Positions 50,901-64,000 of a stretch of 64,000 nt of DNA are shown here, piece by piece. The translations under genes and the position numbers were made by a program. Each line of letters opens with the position of its first letter. Positions within the stretch are counted from its first letter, which is position 1. The notes under the pieces are model-generated. The model was not told where the DNA came from. It worked only from the letters and a program-made list of their open reading frames with translations, and searched no databases. The stretch comes from Mobula hypostoma (taxonomy: Eukaryota), in the NCBI RefSeq assembly GCF_963921235.1, contig NC_086108.1:14570001-14634000 (forward strand). Direction: 5' to 3'.

Positions 50901-51740
50901 AGTGAAGCATTTAATTACTATTTTGGTACAACAGCATGAGATGAAGAGCCTTTTACGGAGCTGGTGCTCTAGCTTTGTAGGAGATCTGACAAATATCAGC
51001 CTTTGAGAATGATAGTGTAACAAAAGTGTCCAGTGTTATGCATTGCATGGTTGAGACTGAATTGACCGAATTGAATATAAAACTATTCAATCAAGTCAAA
51101 GAAAAGTTGAGTTTCTACTAAAAGGAAACTTTAAACCAGAATTAATTATCTGTTTAACTGCAACTTTTACTTGTGCATTGTGCTGGCTGTTCATGTAGAC
51201 ATTATGGTTGTGTTGTGTTGTGGTGCTCTCCTATAGCTGTGTTCTTTTTGCTGTTTTCCGAGGCATGGGGTAGGTTCACAATTACACTGTGCTTCTGCAG
51301 TGTTCCCACAAATTAGCTGCCTGCTCTTCTCTTTCTCTGCACACCACAATTCACTCGTGTCGGAGTCTCATGTGCAGTGTTGTTAATGTTCAGGCAGTTG
51401 AAACCTGCCACAGGATACCCTGTATCATTGGAGCATTGACTGTCATTGATAGGGTTGTATATCATTCTAGAGCAGAAATAGCAATCAGGAAAGCTGAGAG
51501 ACTACAACTCCATGTGTGTGGAAGTGTGGTGTGTGAAGTCCATTATATTGAAAGCATTGGTTTATGTGGGAAAATGTCAATCAAACCCATGGATAGACAG
51601 TGGAAGAAAATGGAATATAATGTGGTAGAGTTTGTCAAGGAGAAACAGAACTTAGATTGAAACCGGATATCATATTTTTTGGAATTAAGAAACATAAAAG
51701 TAAGTACCTGATGTGTTTTGTGGACATACTGTTAATCATA

Positions 51741-51938
51741 TTCTCTCTCTCTCTCTTTTTCTCAATCCCTCATTCTATCTCTCACTTTATCCCCCCTCTC
51801 TCTCTCATTCTCTCTCTCTCTCACTCATTCTCTCTCTGTCTCTCACTCATATTCTCTCTCTCTTTCATTCTCTCTCTGTCTCTCACTCATTCTCTCTCTC
51901 TCTCACATTCTCTCTCACTATCTCTCTCTCTCTCTCTC
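51741..51938. repeat. (CT)n-rich microsatellite forming the polypyrimidine tract of the IIIS2 exon
   Basis: ~200 nt of interrupted TCTC ending 14 nt before the exon. Confidence 0.9.
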
Positions 51939-51952
51939 CATTTAATTCCCAG

Positions 51953-52012
51953 GTGCTCAAGTACTTCGACTACGTGTTCACAGGAGTTTTCACCTTTGAA
52001 ATGGTAATAAAG
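51953..52012 (+). CDS. CACNA1E: Exon: IIIS2 (VLKYFDYVFTGVFTFEMVIK)
   Basis: cccag / AAG|GTAAAC; 60 nt; conserved Cav2 IIIS2. Confidence 0.96.
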
Positions 52013-52699
52013 GTAAACCACTTTATTATTGAATGTTACCACAACCCCTTCTCTCCTGCTCCCTGAAAGACCTATGTCCACCAATCTGCCAGATGCTGGA
52101 TTAGGATGCGTCCTCCGTCTCCTCATCTGGATGTTGAAATATGAAATGTTAACCGTGTATACAAAACTGATACTCCATGAGGCAGCACAGTGGTACAGCT
52201 CGTAAAGCTGGTGCCAGAGACCCAGGTACAACCCTCACCCAATCAGTGCAAGAGATTTAATTAAGAGAATGAGAATTGGATACATTATGGGAGGGTAGTC
52301 AGTGTTGGTCTGTGGGCACAAGAGGCCCCTCACTGAGTTAAGATAATGTGATTAGCTGATCTATTTCACCCATCTATTTGCAAAAGAGTTTTGTCATGCC
52401 ATGGTCGTAGGGATATACAGCATGGAAAAAGACCCTTCCACTCAACCTTTCATGCCAACCAAGCTTGAGCTAGTCCTATTTATCTATATTTAGCCCATAT
52501 CCCTCTAAACTATTGCTCACTATGAACCTGTCCAAATGTCTTATAAGTAGTGCAATTGTACCCACCTCTACCATATCCTCTGATAGCTTGTTCTGTTCAC
52601 CCACCCCATTCTGTGTGAAAAGCTTTCCCTCAAGTCCCTCTTAAATCTCTTGTATCTCACTTTAAACCTATGCCTTCAAGTTTTAATCTATGTTTAGAC

Positions 52700-53430
52700 T
52701 TTTTTAGACTATTGTTTACTGACTACAGTTCCATCTTCAGTACTATGGTTCCAGGCAAACTCATCTCCAAACTCCTAAAACTGGGACTCTGCAACTGGAT
52801 GCTTGACTTCCTGACCAACAGACTCCAACCAGTAAAGACAGACAGTAACACCTCAGCCATCATCCTCAACACTGATGCCCCACAAAGCTGCATCCTCAAC
52901 CTCCTTCTCTACTCCCCATGCACCCACCAAATTTAGCTTCAACTCCACTTACAAGTATGCAGATGATACCATCACAGAAGTCTTTATCTCAAATAATGAT
53001 GAGATGAGAACAGGAAGGAGATAGAGAGCTTAGTGACGTGGTGTCATGACAACAACCTTCAATTATAGCAAAACAAAAGAGCTGGTCATTGGGTTCGGGA
53101 AGGAGACTGTACAAATACTTCTATTTACATCAACTATGCTGAAGTCAGGAGGGCTCAAAGCTTCAAATTCTCAGAGTGAACATCACCTATAGTCCTGATC
53201 CAAACACATAGATGCTATGGCAAGGAAAACTCAGCAGCACCTCTGGTGTCTCAGGAGCTAAAGAAATTTGGCATGTGCCCTTTCATCCTCACCGGTTTTT
53301 ATCAATGCATCACAGAAAGCATCCTATCCCGAAGTATTATGTGAAATGTTTTGCCCAAGAACATAAGGAATCATGGAGAATCATTCACTCTTCTTCCCAT
53401 CCCATTCAGCAAAAGGCACAAAAGTTTTTT
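52700..53430 (+). mobile_element. Rex1/Babar LINE RT fragment nested in a minus-strand CR1
   Basis: LLFTDYSSIFSTMVP..LCNWMLDFLTNR; KYADDT. Confidence 0.8.
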
Positions 53431-53972
53431 TAAGAGTACTTTGATACATGTGACAATAGTAAACCAATTTAGCCTACCCTGGGAAAAATATTGTGGCCAT
53501 CCACCCTATCATGCCTCTTATGATTTTACTAAACTCTATAAGGTCACCGCTCAACCTCCCTGACTCCAGTGAATACAGACCCGGCCTATTCAGTCTGTCC
53601 TAATAACCCAAGACTTTAGACCCTGGTAACATCCTTATGAATTGTTTCTACACCTTCCCTAACTTAATCACATCCTTCCTGTCATGTGGTTACCAGCCTT
53701 GGCGCAGAACATCTTTGTATAAGTCTCCTTACCATTCCTTCCTCAATTTGCATTTGCAGTTTTAAACCCTTTTTTGGTCAAATTATGGGTCATCGGCATG
53801 AGTAGGCTTCACATGACTTAGTTTTCTAGTTCTACTCTGTGAAGCATACAGGGACGTTATGGTAGATGCTATATTGCTGCAAATTGATAGTATTCTTTCA
53901 GATTTAAAAAAAGGGAAATGTGAAATGTGAAGTTACTGTTGATTAATTATTTAGGTGTGATCCTTTCTCTAG

Positions 53973-54079
53973 ATGATAGACATTGGTTTGATTTTCCATG
54001 AAGGCTCTTATTTCCGCGACGTTTGGAACATTCTGGATTTCATTGTAGTGAGTGGAGCACTGGTTGCGTTTGCTTTCAC
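53973..54079 (+). CDS. CACNA1E: Exon: IIIS2-S3 ([36 protein letters not shown])
   Basis: tctctag / AC|GTAAGT; 107 nt; WNILDF motif. Confidence 0.95.
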
Positions 54080-54209
54080 GTAAGTGTAAAGGGAAATTCT
54101 GAATTTTTCCATTGCTGGTTCAGTTTAGGCAAGAGAGACTCCAGAGGCTGCTTATTTGAGGGAGGTTACAGAATACTTCCAAACCATTCGAACTCGTATA
54201 GAGACAGCA

Positions 54210-54980
54210 TAGATACATAGAACCATACAGCGCAGAAATAGAACCTACGACCCAACTGGTCCATGCTGACCAATATTCCCACCCTAGCTCATCCCATTTG
54301 CCTGTGTATGGCTCATATCCCCCTAAATCTTTCCTATCCATGTACCCGTCCAATTACCTTTTATATGTTGTTAATGTACTTGGCTCAACCACTTCCACCA
54401 ACAGCTCATTCCATATACAGACCCAACCCCACCTGGGTGAAAAAGTTGCCCCCCAAGTTCCTATTAATTTTTTTCCCCTTTCATCCCAAACATATGGCCT
54501 GTATTTCTTGATTCTCCAACCCTGGGAAAAGGCTGTGACCATTGACTAGACCCTGCATGATTTTAAACAGCCCTATAAAATCACCTCATTCTCCTACACT
54601 CCAATGGAAATGGTCCAAATCTACTCTACCTCTCTCTATAACATAGTCCCTTGAGTCCTAGCAACATCTTTGTGTCTTTTCTGCACCATTTCCAGCTTAA
54701 TGGCATCTTTCCACGGCATGGTGACCAAAACTGAACACAGTATTCTCAGGGCAGCCCCATCAACATCTCGTACAACTGTAACATAACATCTCAGCTTCTA
54801 TACTCATTACCCTGACTGATAAAGGCCAGCATGCCAAAAGTTTTCTTCACCACCTTGCCTGCTTGTAAAACCACTTTAGGAAAACCATGGACTTCTACTC
54901 CTAGGTCCTTTTGTTCTGCAGCACTCCCCAGGGCTGTATCTTTCACTCATTTCTATTCCCAAAGTGCAACACCTCGCACT
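54210..54980 (-). mobile_element. CR1 3' fragment
   Basis: CR1 C-terminus and tail similar to other copies. Confidence 0.75.
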
Positions 54981-56996
54981 GCGGTATGGGTTAGATATGT
55001 AATGCAGCTCACTCTAGACTGTCTCATCAGCTCCTGGGCGACAGATTAGATACACAGTGAAACACAGGCTGCACTGCCCAATCAAACCTGTGCAGGTACA
55101 GAACAGGACATTAATTCCTAGTCTTCTGTTTAAAAATTGTAAGAATATCGATGATGAGAAAAACAAAATAAGACTTTTTGACAGACATTAAACAAGAAGT
55201 GGATATCTGCGGATGGTAGAGCACTGGACGTTGACCAGCCAATGGGGAGGGGTTCAAATGCATATCGTCCTATACTTGAAAGGACAAAACAAACGTACAG
55301 GATAGAAATCTGATTAATGATCACCAGAAAAGGAGCAGTACATACAAGCAGGCCTCCAAGGGAGTCAGAGCATTGGACTTTACAGCAAGAGAATTTGAAT
55401 TTAAGAGGGGGAATATTTTGCTTCAGTTACAGAGCTTCAATAATCTGACACATCAGGACTATGGTGGTGCTAACCTGGCAGATTTCCTGCACTTTTGTGA
55501 TACCCAGCCCTTTAATTCCCTTTTTTTTAGATGTTATATGGTAGATTTTAGTGTTCAAATAAACTGGATGAGTTTAAAGAACATATGGATAACAGGGTTT
55601 GTGATTTTAATGGGAGCGTGGGAAAGGGGCCCTGGTGAGTCTAAGGGGGTGCAGGAAACAGGGTCTTGCGGTGTCCAAGGAACTGTGATTGCAGCTGCCC
55701 ACTGAGTCTAAATGGAGCATAGTAATGGGGCCCTGTTAAAGTTGTCAAATCCAACAGTACGGCATCAAAACAGGCCCTTTAGCCCATCATGTTTTTGCCA
55801 AATCTATGCTGTTCCTAACTCCATTTCCATCTGGATGCCAACCTGTCTTTGTGTGGAAAAAGTCACCCCTCAGACTCCTCCCTCTCACCTTAAATCTGTG
55901 CGCTCTAGCTTCAGACACCCCTACCCGGCAAAAACAGACCCTGGCTATCTACTCCATCTACGTCCCTCATACCTCTTATATACCTCTATCATGTCATTTC
56001 ACTGTCTCCTGCTCTCCAGGGAAAATAGTCCCTGACAATCCCGACTCTTCTCATAACTTACAACTTCCAATCCAGACAATATCCCCATGATTCGTTTCTG
56101 CACCCTTTCTAGCTTAATCACCTCTTTTATAGAGGTTACGGGAATGGGCCCTGTTGAATTTATAGGGAGTGTGGAAAACAACACCCTGTCAGTTGGGTGC
56201 CAAACCATTGGGATTGATGAACATCCAGAGAGATGACTTTAACTGTATATAGGATCCGGTGAGATCAGGCATGAAATGTCTGATCTTCATCCCTAAACAA
56301 GAATATTCGTCCAACAGAGGGAGTGCAGCAGAGGTCCACCATGTTGACTCCTGAAAAGACAGGTTGCTATGTATGGAAAGAAGAGTAAGACTGAGATGAT
56401 ACTCCCTTGACTTTGTAAGAGTAGGGTGTAATCTCATTGAAACATACAGGATTGTTAATTACTTGCTAGGGTTGATGCAAGGATGGTTTTTCCCCAAGCT
56501 GTGGTGTGTAGAATCTGGGGTCTCAAAAGAAAGAAAACACCTTTCAGGACAGAATTTATTTACCCAAAGGGAAGTGAGGAAATTTTCTACCCATAAAGTC
56601 TGTGGAGGGTTGGGCAGAGACTGCATCCACAGTAAGTATTTATACATTGATGCGTAATAAGGGAATGCAGGATCATGCAATAAATTGGGACTGAAGTATA
56701 GTTTATTCATGATCTTAATGAATGGTGGGGAGACACAAGGGGGCACTTAGCTTTGTCCTGCTTCCATTATTTATCTCTTTAACATTAAGTCATCTGGAGG
56801 GTGCAAGTCATTTTATGAAGCCAAGAGTATACCAGCAATCACTAACACCATTCAGAAGGGACACTCTGCTCTGTCAGTCTTTGTGCACTGTTGCTGATAT
56901 ATTGACATGTGCTGACATAGCTGTTCACGTTTATCTTAATTGACTTATTAACCTTGCATTCTACTCTTCTCTCCTTTCTCCTCTGAATTCTCCAAG

Positions 56997-57008
56997 GAAT
57001 CTCATTGG
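56997..57008 (+). CDS. CACNA1E: 12-nt microexon in the IIIS3-S4 linker (adds NLIG)
   Basis: Long pyrimidine tract 56960-56994, AG|GAATCTCATTGG|GTAATT; phase 2 on both sides; same position as human Cav2.3 NALG and Cav2.2 exon 24a. Confidence 0.8.
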
Positions 57009-57294
57009 GTAATTATAATTGATATCTTTCTGTGTCTTGTTAGAGGAGGCCTAAAAGATATTACAGTAGCATGCAAATGACTTCTCAGGTCACATATAGA
57101 CCAGACCAATAAAGAGTGGCAGGTTCACGGTGAACCAGATGTTTACAGCTGAAAATTATATACCTTTCTGTGTTTGACATCCTCTATAACCCTCTGTACA
57201 ATGCTTTAGAGTTTGACCTCTTTATAAATTCATGAATATGAAGAGTAAGCTGCTCCTGTTTAATGTTAATACCAAAACTTCAGTCAGTGTTTAA

Positions 57295-57543
<249 letters not shown>

Positions 57544-59414
57544 TAATCGGTAGGTTTCTGTTCACCATTACACCTCCCTCTCACTTCATTAGATACATCT
57601 TAAAATTCTCACATTTTCTGATACCTTCCCAGAACCTCAAAACTGTGGAAATTGTCAGCACACTCAGTTCTCCCTTTCTGCTGTAACTTGCAACCAGTTA
57701 ATTAGTGATAAATCAAAACAGGCACGATCTTCAAAACAGCTGAGATCTGTTCAGCTGGTACTTCATGATGACCTGATCTTGCTCTCACATCATCATTGCC
57801 CAGTCAGTGTGGGGAAAGTTTACTTCAGCATGATTGAAGATGATCTACTGATATTTGTACATCTAAAAATGCTTCTTCAGGAATTGTTATACCTGCTACA
57901 AATCCCTGATTCCAAAGTGGAACACACCTTATCTTCTATTAATAGAGGTTTTTCAGGGATTTTGGAGAGAAACATGGATTGAAAAGGTTTCGAGAGGTAT
58001 GCACCAAACACATGCAAATGGTGTTAAAAGCTGGGCCAAAGGGCCTGTTTCTGTGTTGTATGACACTATGATTCTTTTCCTTGTGGCTGCTTTGTTCCAA
58101 TGCCTTTGTATGCATTTAAACATCCATTCTATATAAATGAAAAAAATGCATGAACTGGTCATACACCTCTCAGATCTGCTCAATAAGATCAAGACTGATC
58201 AACTTTCAGTTCTGTACAAACACAGCAATCTCCAACCTAGTTAATGTCTAACCATCAGTCTGCAGGTTAGATGAGACTGACTGATACGACTCACTGACTG
58301 GTGGAGGGCCAGTGGGTTGCCATCTGTTTATTTATTGATTTCAAGATACAGCACAGTTACAGGCCCTTCCGGCCCAATGAGCCGGATCTGCCCAATTACA
58401 CCCTAGTGACCAATTACACTATTAACCAGCACGTCTTTGGACTGTGGGAGAAAACCGGGGCACCAGGAGGAAATCCACACATTCATGGGAGAACTTACAG
58501 GCAGAAGTGGAAATGAACCCAGGTCACTGATGCTGTAATAGCACTACGCTAACCACTATGTTACCATGCCACCCGTTGCTCAGTCCATGACCATCCGAGT
58601 GAATTTTTTCTTATCTCACTCCCCAATGTCCAATCCTTTATCCCAAGCAACGTTCTAGACCCTCCCCCCAAATAAGGAACTGATCTCCCAGTGACAGTCC
58701 TGTTAACCCTTCCAATAATATTAGAAATTTCATTGATTGTATTTCTTGTTCATATGAATCTTATAGCCATTTAGTATTTATTCATTGTAAGAGAATCTTT
58801 CACTCCAGTAATCAGGTCATTGAAACTCACATGTACTGCTTCTGCGACAAGTAGACCAATGGAATGTGCTCCAATCATCCAACTGGAAGGGTGTTATATT
58901 CCCCAGGCATCTAAAACCTCTTACATCCTCCTCACAGTTCACATTCCTCTCTACCTTTAGACCATTAGCAAACCTGAAATCATGAAGGCAGAAGCCCAAG
59001 GATTGATTGCAGCTCGCCAACCAGGATGATACATTTTTCTACTCTGTTACCTGAACTTCATTCTAAGTGGATATGTTATTTTCACCTGATCGAATGTCTT
59101 TGAAAATTCAAGTTCTCCTTATCTCTTCCGCTTGTCCACACTCAGTATAAACACATCGTTTGTCAAACACTATTTTCCTTACGTAAAATACGCTGATTCT
59201 GTATAGTCATGATCTTTTCAGTGCACGATTTCCATATTCCTAAATAAAAATAATAGATTCTCACGTATTCCCTCCTGACATTATCTAAATTTCTTTTCTT
59301 CCTCCTCCTCATCTCCCCCTCTCCTTGTCCCCTCCTCTCTCTCTCTCTCCCTCCCTCCACCCCTCATCTCTCCCTTTCTCTCTCTATCTCTCTCTGTGCC
59401 ACCCCCCCCCTTAA

Positions 59415-60530
59415 GGTAAGGTATCAAGAGAGATGATGAGTTTAGTCTAGAAGAAAAAGGAAGTATTTGTAAGGTTTAGAACATTAAATTCAAGCTGAGT
59501 CCTTGAGGATTATAAAAAAGCCAGAAAAGAACTCAAGAACTAGGAGAACCTGGGGGGGGCCATGAAATGTCCTTGGCAAGTACAATCAAAGAGAATCGCA
59601 AGGCATTCTATACATACATCATGAGCAAGGAGGCAGGTAGGGTCATTCAAGGATAAAGAAGGGAATATGTGCTAAGAGGCAGAGGATGTTGATGAGACCC
59701 TAAGTGAGTACTTTGCATCAGTATTTACCAAGGAGGAGGACATGAAAGATGGGGAGATCAGTGTGGATTCTGCTAATCTGTTAGAGCTTTTTGAGATAAA
59801 GAAAGGGGTATTGTTGGGTCTTTGGAAGAACATTCAGGTAATTAAGTCCCCAGGACCTGATAGGATATATACAGGTTATTGAGAGAGACAAGAGATGAGA
59901 TTGATGGGGCCTTGACCAATGTCTTCATGTCCTCTCTAGCCACAGGCGAGGTCCCAGAGGACTGGTGAGTAGCTGGTATTGATCCTTATTCCAGAGGGGA
60001 AATGTAACCAATGAATCATACAGAGGTGGGTGGATTAATAAATTTACATATGATACATAGATTGGTGATGTTGTGGAGAGTGTAGAAGCTAGAATGGGAT
60101 ATCAATAAATGGCAGTTATGGATGGAAAATGGCAAATGGAGTTTAATTTGGCCAAGTGTGATTTGTTGCACTTTGGAAAGTCAAATGTAAAGGTAAGGTA
60201 CACTGTCAATCATAGGGCCCTTAAGTATTGATGCCCACATAGATCTTCGGTTCCAAGCCCATCACTCCCTGAAGTGTGACTGCACAGGTTGATGGAGAGT
60301 GGTAAAGAAGGTATTATGGCATGCTACCTTTATTAGTCAAGACATTGAAATTGAATTTCAGGAAAATATTTTGTGACGTTATAAAACTCTGCTTCAGTGG
60401 AATCATGAGCATTGCATTCACAGTATAGGAAGGATATGGATGCTTTGGAGAAGATGCAGAAGAGGTTTATACTAGAATGCTGCCTGGATTAGAAGGCATG
60501 TTCTATGAGGAGATGCTGGACAAACTTGAG
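59415..60530 (+). mobile_element. Decayed CR1 ORF2
   Basis: gagtactttgcatcagtatttacc, aagtccccaggacctga, tggagtttaat motifs. Confidence 0.8.
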
Positions 60531-61265
60531 AGCTTTTACAGAAATAATTAATAATTCTGAATGTTTGAGGAATAATAACAAAAGAGAATATGTTTTAAAA
60601 GATGAGAGACTAGTAAGTGTTCTTCTTCAGGGGAAATTTGGGGATCCTTGCATGTACGTCACGGGAAGTTAAGAGTAAGGTTCTATAAGTAATCTGGAAG
60701 TCAATGTCTGCATTTGTGCAAGGATTTTAAGTAAGAGAAGTGATGCCCCGTTGAGTTTGAAAGAGTTTTGATCTGGGTACCCTTTGCAGGTCTGATTATG
60801 TCATTAGGAATGTACTTGGCTTGAAGGTGATGCAGCAAAGAAGAGGGCCTTCTTAAGAGCAAAGATGAGGTAGAATTGCCTTGCAATCCATGGGGTTTAA
60901 AAGAATGAGTAAAAACCTCTTAGAAACAAGAAATTCTTGCAAGTTGATATTTATATTGGCCAAGGAGACAGATGCCTATCTAAGAGTCTCAAATTATAAG
61001 TTTGGACAATTGGGTCAGAGATGCAGAGAAGATGCTATACTGTGAATCTTCAGAATTCTCCACAGAATACTGTGGATGCTCAGTATGTTCAATAATTCAA
61101 AAGGTATTGGGACAGGGTTAGAAATTGGGCTTGAGTAAAGTAGATGGTGGGCTCTATGCCTTTTAACATTCCTCATTCCTTCTATTAACACACCACAGTC
61201 TGTCTCTAAGATCATTTACCTCCATCTGCATCAAAGCCTTTGGCATTTTTACTTCCACAGTGTGA

Positions 61266-61523
<258 letters not shown>

Positions 61524-61624
61524 TAATGATGCAGACCCAAATCATGAGGAATGTGAGCTCAGTCTACACCAACACCACACACACAAGACAGTGAAGACAG
61601 TGTTCACATCAGGTGATACTGACA

Positions 61625-61625
<1 letters not shown>

Positions 61626-61659
<34 letters not shown>
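61626..61659. repeat. (CA)n microsatellite within a CA-rich degenerate repeat (61560-62090)
   Basis: ~16 CA units. Confidence 0.9.
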
Positions 61660-61661
<2 letters not shown>

Positions 61662-62207
61662 TCAGCTCATTCTTACACTACATAGAACCAGTGTCTACAT
61701 GAAATCAAGGTGACAGTACCTACATATAGTGTCTTCATCAGATCTGACTGACACTGCATGCTCACCACAGCGTAAACCTCATATTACATGAGCAAGACAC
61801 ACACCACAGTGTCCACAGCAGGTCACACTTATAATATACAGTATACATGCACTACATTGACCATTTCAGGTCACAGTGATACAACGCCAGCTCTCAGATG
61901 TCCATATTAGATCACCCTGACAGAACATACTCCTTACATCGTCCACTGACACTGCATACTCACCAGTGTCCACATCAACACACACTGTCACTATATACAC
62001 CTCAGTTTCCACATCTGATCACACTGACACTACACGCATGCATGTCAACCCACACTGACACTATATACACTGTGTAGTTTGCACACTCTCTATTGTGCAT
62101 GAACTTCTGCATAACTTCCCCATTGGACTTTATCTTTTTCCATGAGATTCTAATATTTCTATATTGCTTCCTTTTTGAGACTGTAGTTATCAACATAGAA
62201 CACTAGT

Positions 62208-62490
62208 AAAGGCATCCGTTAGTCTTGCGAGACCATGGATCTGAGCCTGGAAAGTCTTCACTCTCCAGAGCGCAGGCCTGGGTAAGGTTGTATGGAAGAC
62301 CAGCAGTTGCCCATGCTGCAAGTTTCCCCTCTCCCCGACACCAATGTTGTCCAAGAGAAGGGCATTAGGACCCATACAGCTTGGCACCAGTGTCGTCGCA
62401 GAGCACTGCCTTGCACAAGGACACAACACGTTCCCTCGGCTTGCCTTCAGGTTGCTAGTCCAACGCCTTAACCACTTGGCCACGTGCCCA
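62208..62490 (-). mobile_element. tRNA-derived SINE, same family as 50031-50341
   Basis: Reverse-complement match including the A box. Confidence 0.85.
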
Positions 62491-62494
62491 CATA

Positions 62495-63320
62495 CACTAC
62501 AGCACGGTATTGTGCCAACCTTTTAGCTTACTTTAAGATCAATCTAATCCTTCCCTTCTACATAGCCCTCCACTATTCTCTCATCCAAGTACCTAGCAAA
62601 GGGTTTCTTAAGTGTCCCCAATGTATCTGCCTCTACCAGCACCCCTGGCAGGGGGTTCCACACGCTCACCACTATCTAAGTTAAGAATATCCCTCCTGTA
62701 CTTTCCTACAATCACCTGAAGGTTATGCCGCCTGGCATTAGCCATTTACACCTTGGAAAAACTATCCACTCGGTATATGCTTCTTATCATCTTGTACACC
62801 TCTATCAAGTCACCTCTCGTCTCTTTTCATTCAAAAGAGAAAAGTCTTAGCTCACTCAACCAATCCTCATAAAACAGGCTGTCTAATCCAGACACCGTCC
62901 TGGTAAATCTCCTCTGCACCCTCTCTAAAGCCTTCCCATAATGAAATGCTCAAAACAGAGCATAATATTCCAAGTGTGATCTAACCAGGGTTTTATAGAG
63001 CTGCAGTATTACCTCAGGGCTCTTGAACTCAATCTGCCAACTAATGAAGGCCAACACACCATACCCCTGTCAATTTGCACAGCAACTTTGAGGGATCTGT
63101 GGATGTGGACTCTGTTCCTCCACACTGCCAAGAATCCTGCCATTAACACTGTATTCTGCCTTCAGATTCGATCTTCCAAAATGAATGACTTCACACTTCT
63201 CCAGGTTGAACTCTGTCTTCCACTTCTCAGCCCAGCTATGCATTCTGTTAAATTCTACAACAACCTTCTGCACGATCCACAACTCCTTCAACCTTTGTGT
63301 CATCTGCAAACCATATTACA
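62495..63320 (-). mobile_element. CR1 3' fragment
   Basis: WAEKWKTEFNLEKCEVIHFGRSN. Confidence 0.85.
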
Positions 63321-64000
63321 AAGACAAGATTATCATTTACACAGAGTGAATTTTGTTCTCCAAGGAACAAGCAAGCTAGAAGGAAAATTGCTGAAGATGT
63401 GTTCACTAAATTGGTTGATAATAGGCAGTATTCTAATTCTGCTACTGTTTTACCCGTATTAAATAGCTCTGGAAGCTCTGTGCGTTTAACAACTGTAACA
63501 AAGTGAACACACCATTATGAGCTAATGTGACTTAATGAAGCAGAGACACTACAGTGTTACCCCAATCTTATTTTTAAATGTAAGAGTCTGTGTTATCTGA
63601 TGATGTTCTCTATTTTTCTAAATTTATTTGGAAAAAAACTGGTTCATTGTCTCCGTCCTTCTCTGGAAGTGTGGTACAACCTAATTTAAACAAGAGAGAT
63701 GCAAAATCTGTGGGTGGATAGGCAGTCCAATAGCAACAGTTTGTCTCTACCATTTAGTGAATGTTATTGCTGCTCAGTGATGCATTATAAACCTTTGACC
63801 TGAGTACTGAAAAACTGTAAACAGTATTGAAAATTCTGGACTGTATTTTTATAGTTTAACATTATTTACCAGCACATTTTCTTCTGAAAATATGGTCATA
63901 CTAAGTCATTATATTTGAATCTCCCCCCGTTTGCTATTTGACATAAATCTTTTATATGTTTGATTTTCTGTACCTGGCTTTTTATGAATCTGAATTCTCC

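Noticed and set aside
52004..52012. Internal donor ATG|GTAATA in the IIIS2 exon
   Set aside because: Would remove the conserved VIK; the canonical donor at 52013 gives the conserved 60-nt exon.

Overview
Vertebrate genomic DNA. The repeat content (very dense CR1 LINEs, HE1/V-SINE-like SINEs, Penelope-like ends, Rex1, Tc1, Gypsy) suggests a cartilaginous fish, probably a ray or shark; this is inference. The whole window lies inside one + strand gene encoding a Cav2-family voltage-gated Ca2+ channel alpha-1 subunit, closest to CACNA1E/Cav2.3. I traced 12 phase-compatible coding exons, from the domain II pore loop (TGEDW) through IIS6, the II-III loop and IIIS1-S5. They include a 12-nt microexon in the IIIS3-S4 linker, and one intron is a U12-type GT-AG intron. 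The introns are mostly nested, decayed transposons. Highlights: (1) short palindromic Penelope-derived inserts with target-site duplications that carry minimal hammerhead-ribozyme motifs; (2) a fold-back Tc1 element with ~770-bp inverted arms; (3) a PNMA-like Gypsy remnant with an LTR and tRNA-Pro primer-binding site; (4) a SINE sharing its 3' body with an RTE-like element; (5) a locally templated chimeric duplication. Most ORFs in the supplied track are transposon remnants or spurious. Transposon boundaries are approximate unless a TSD or TIR is quoted.
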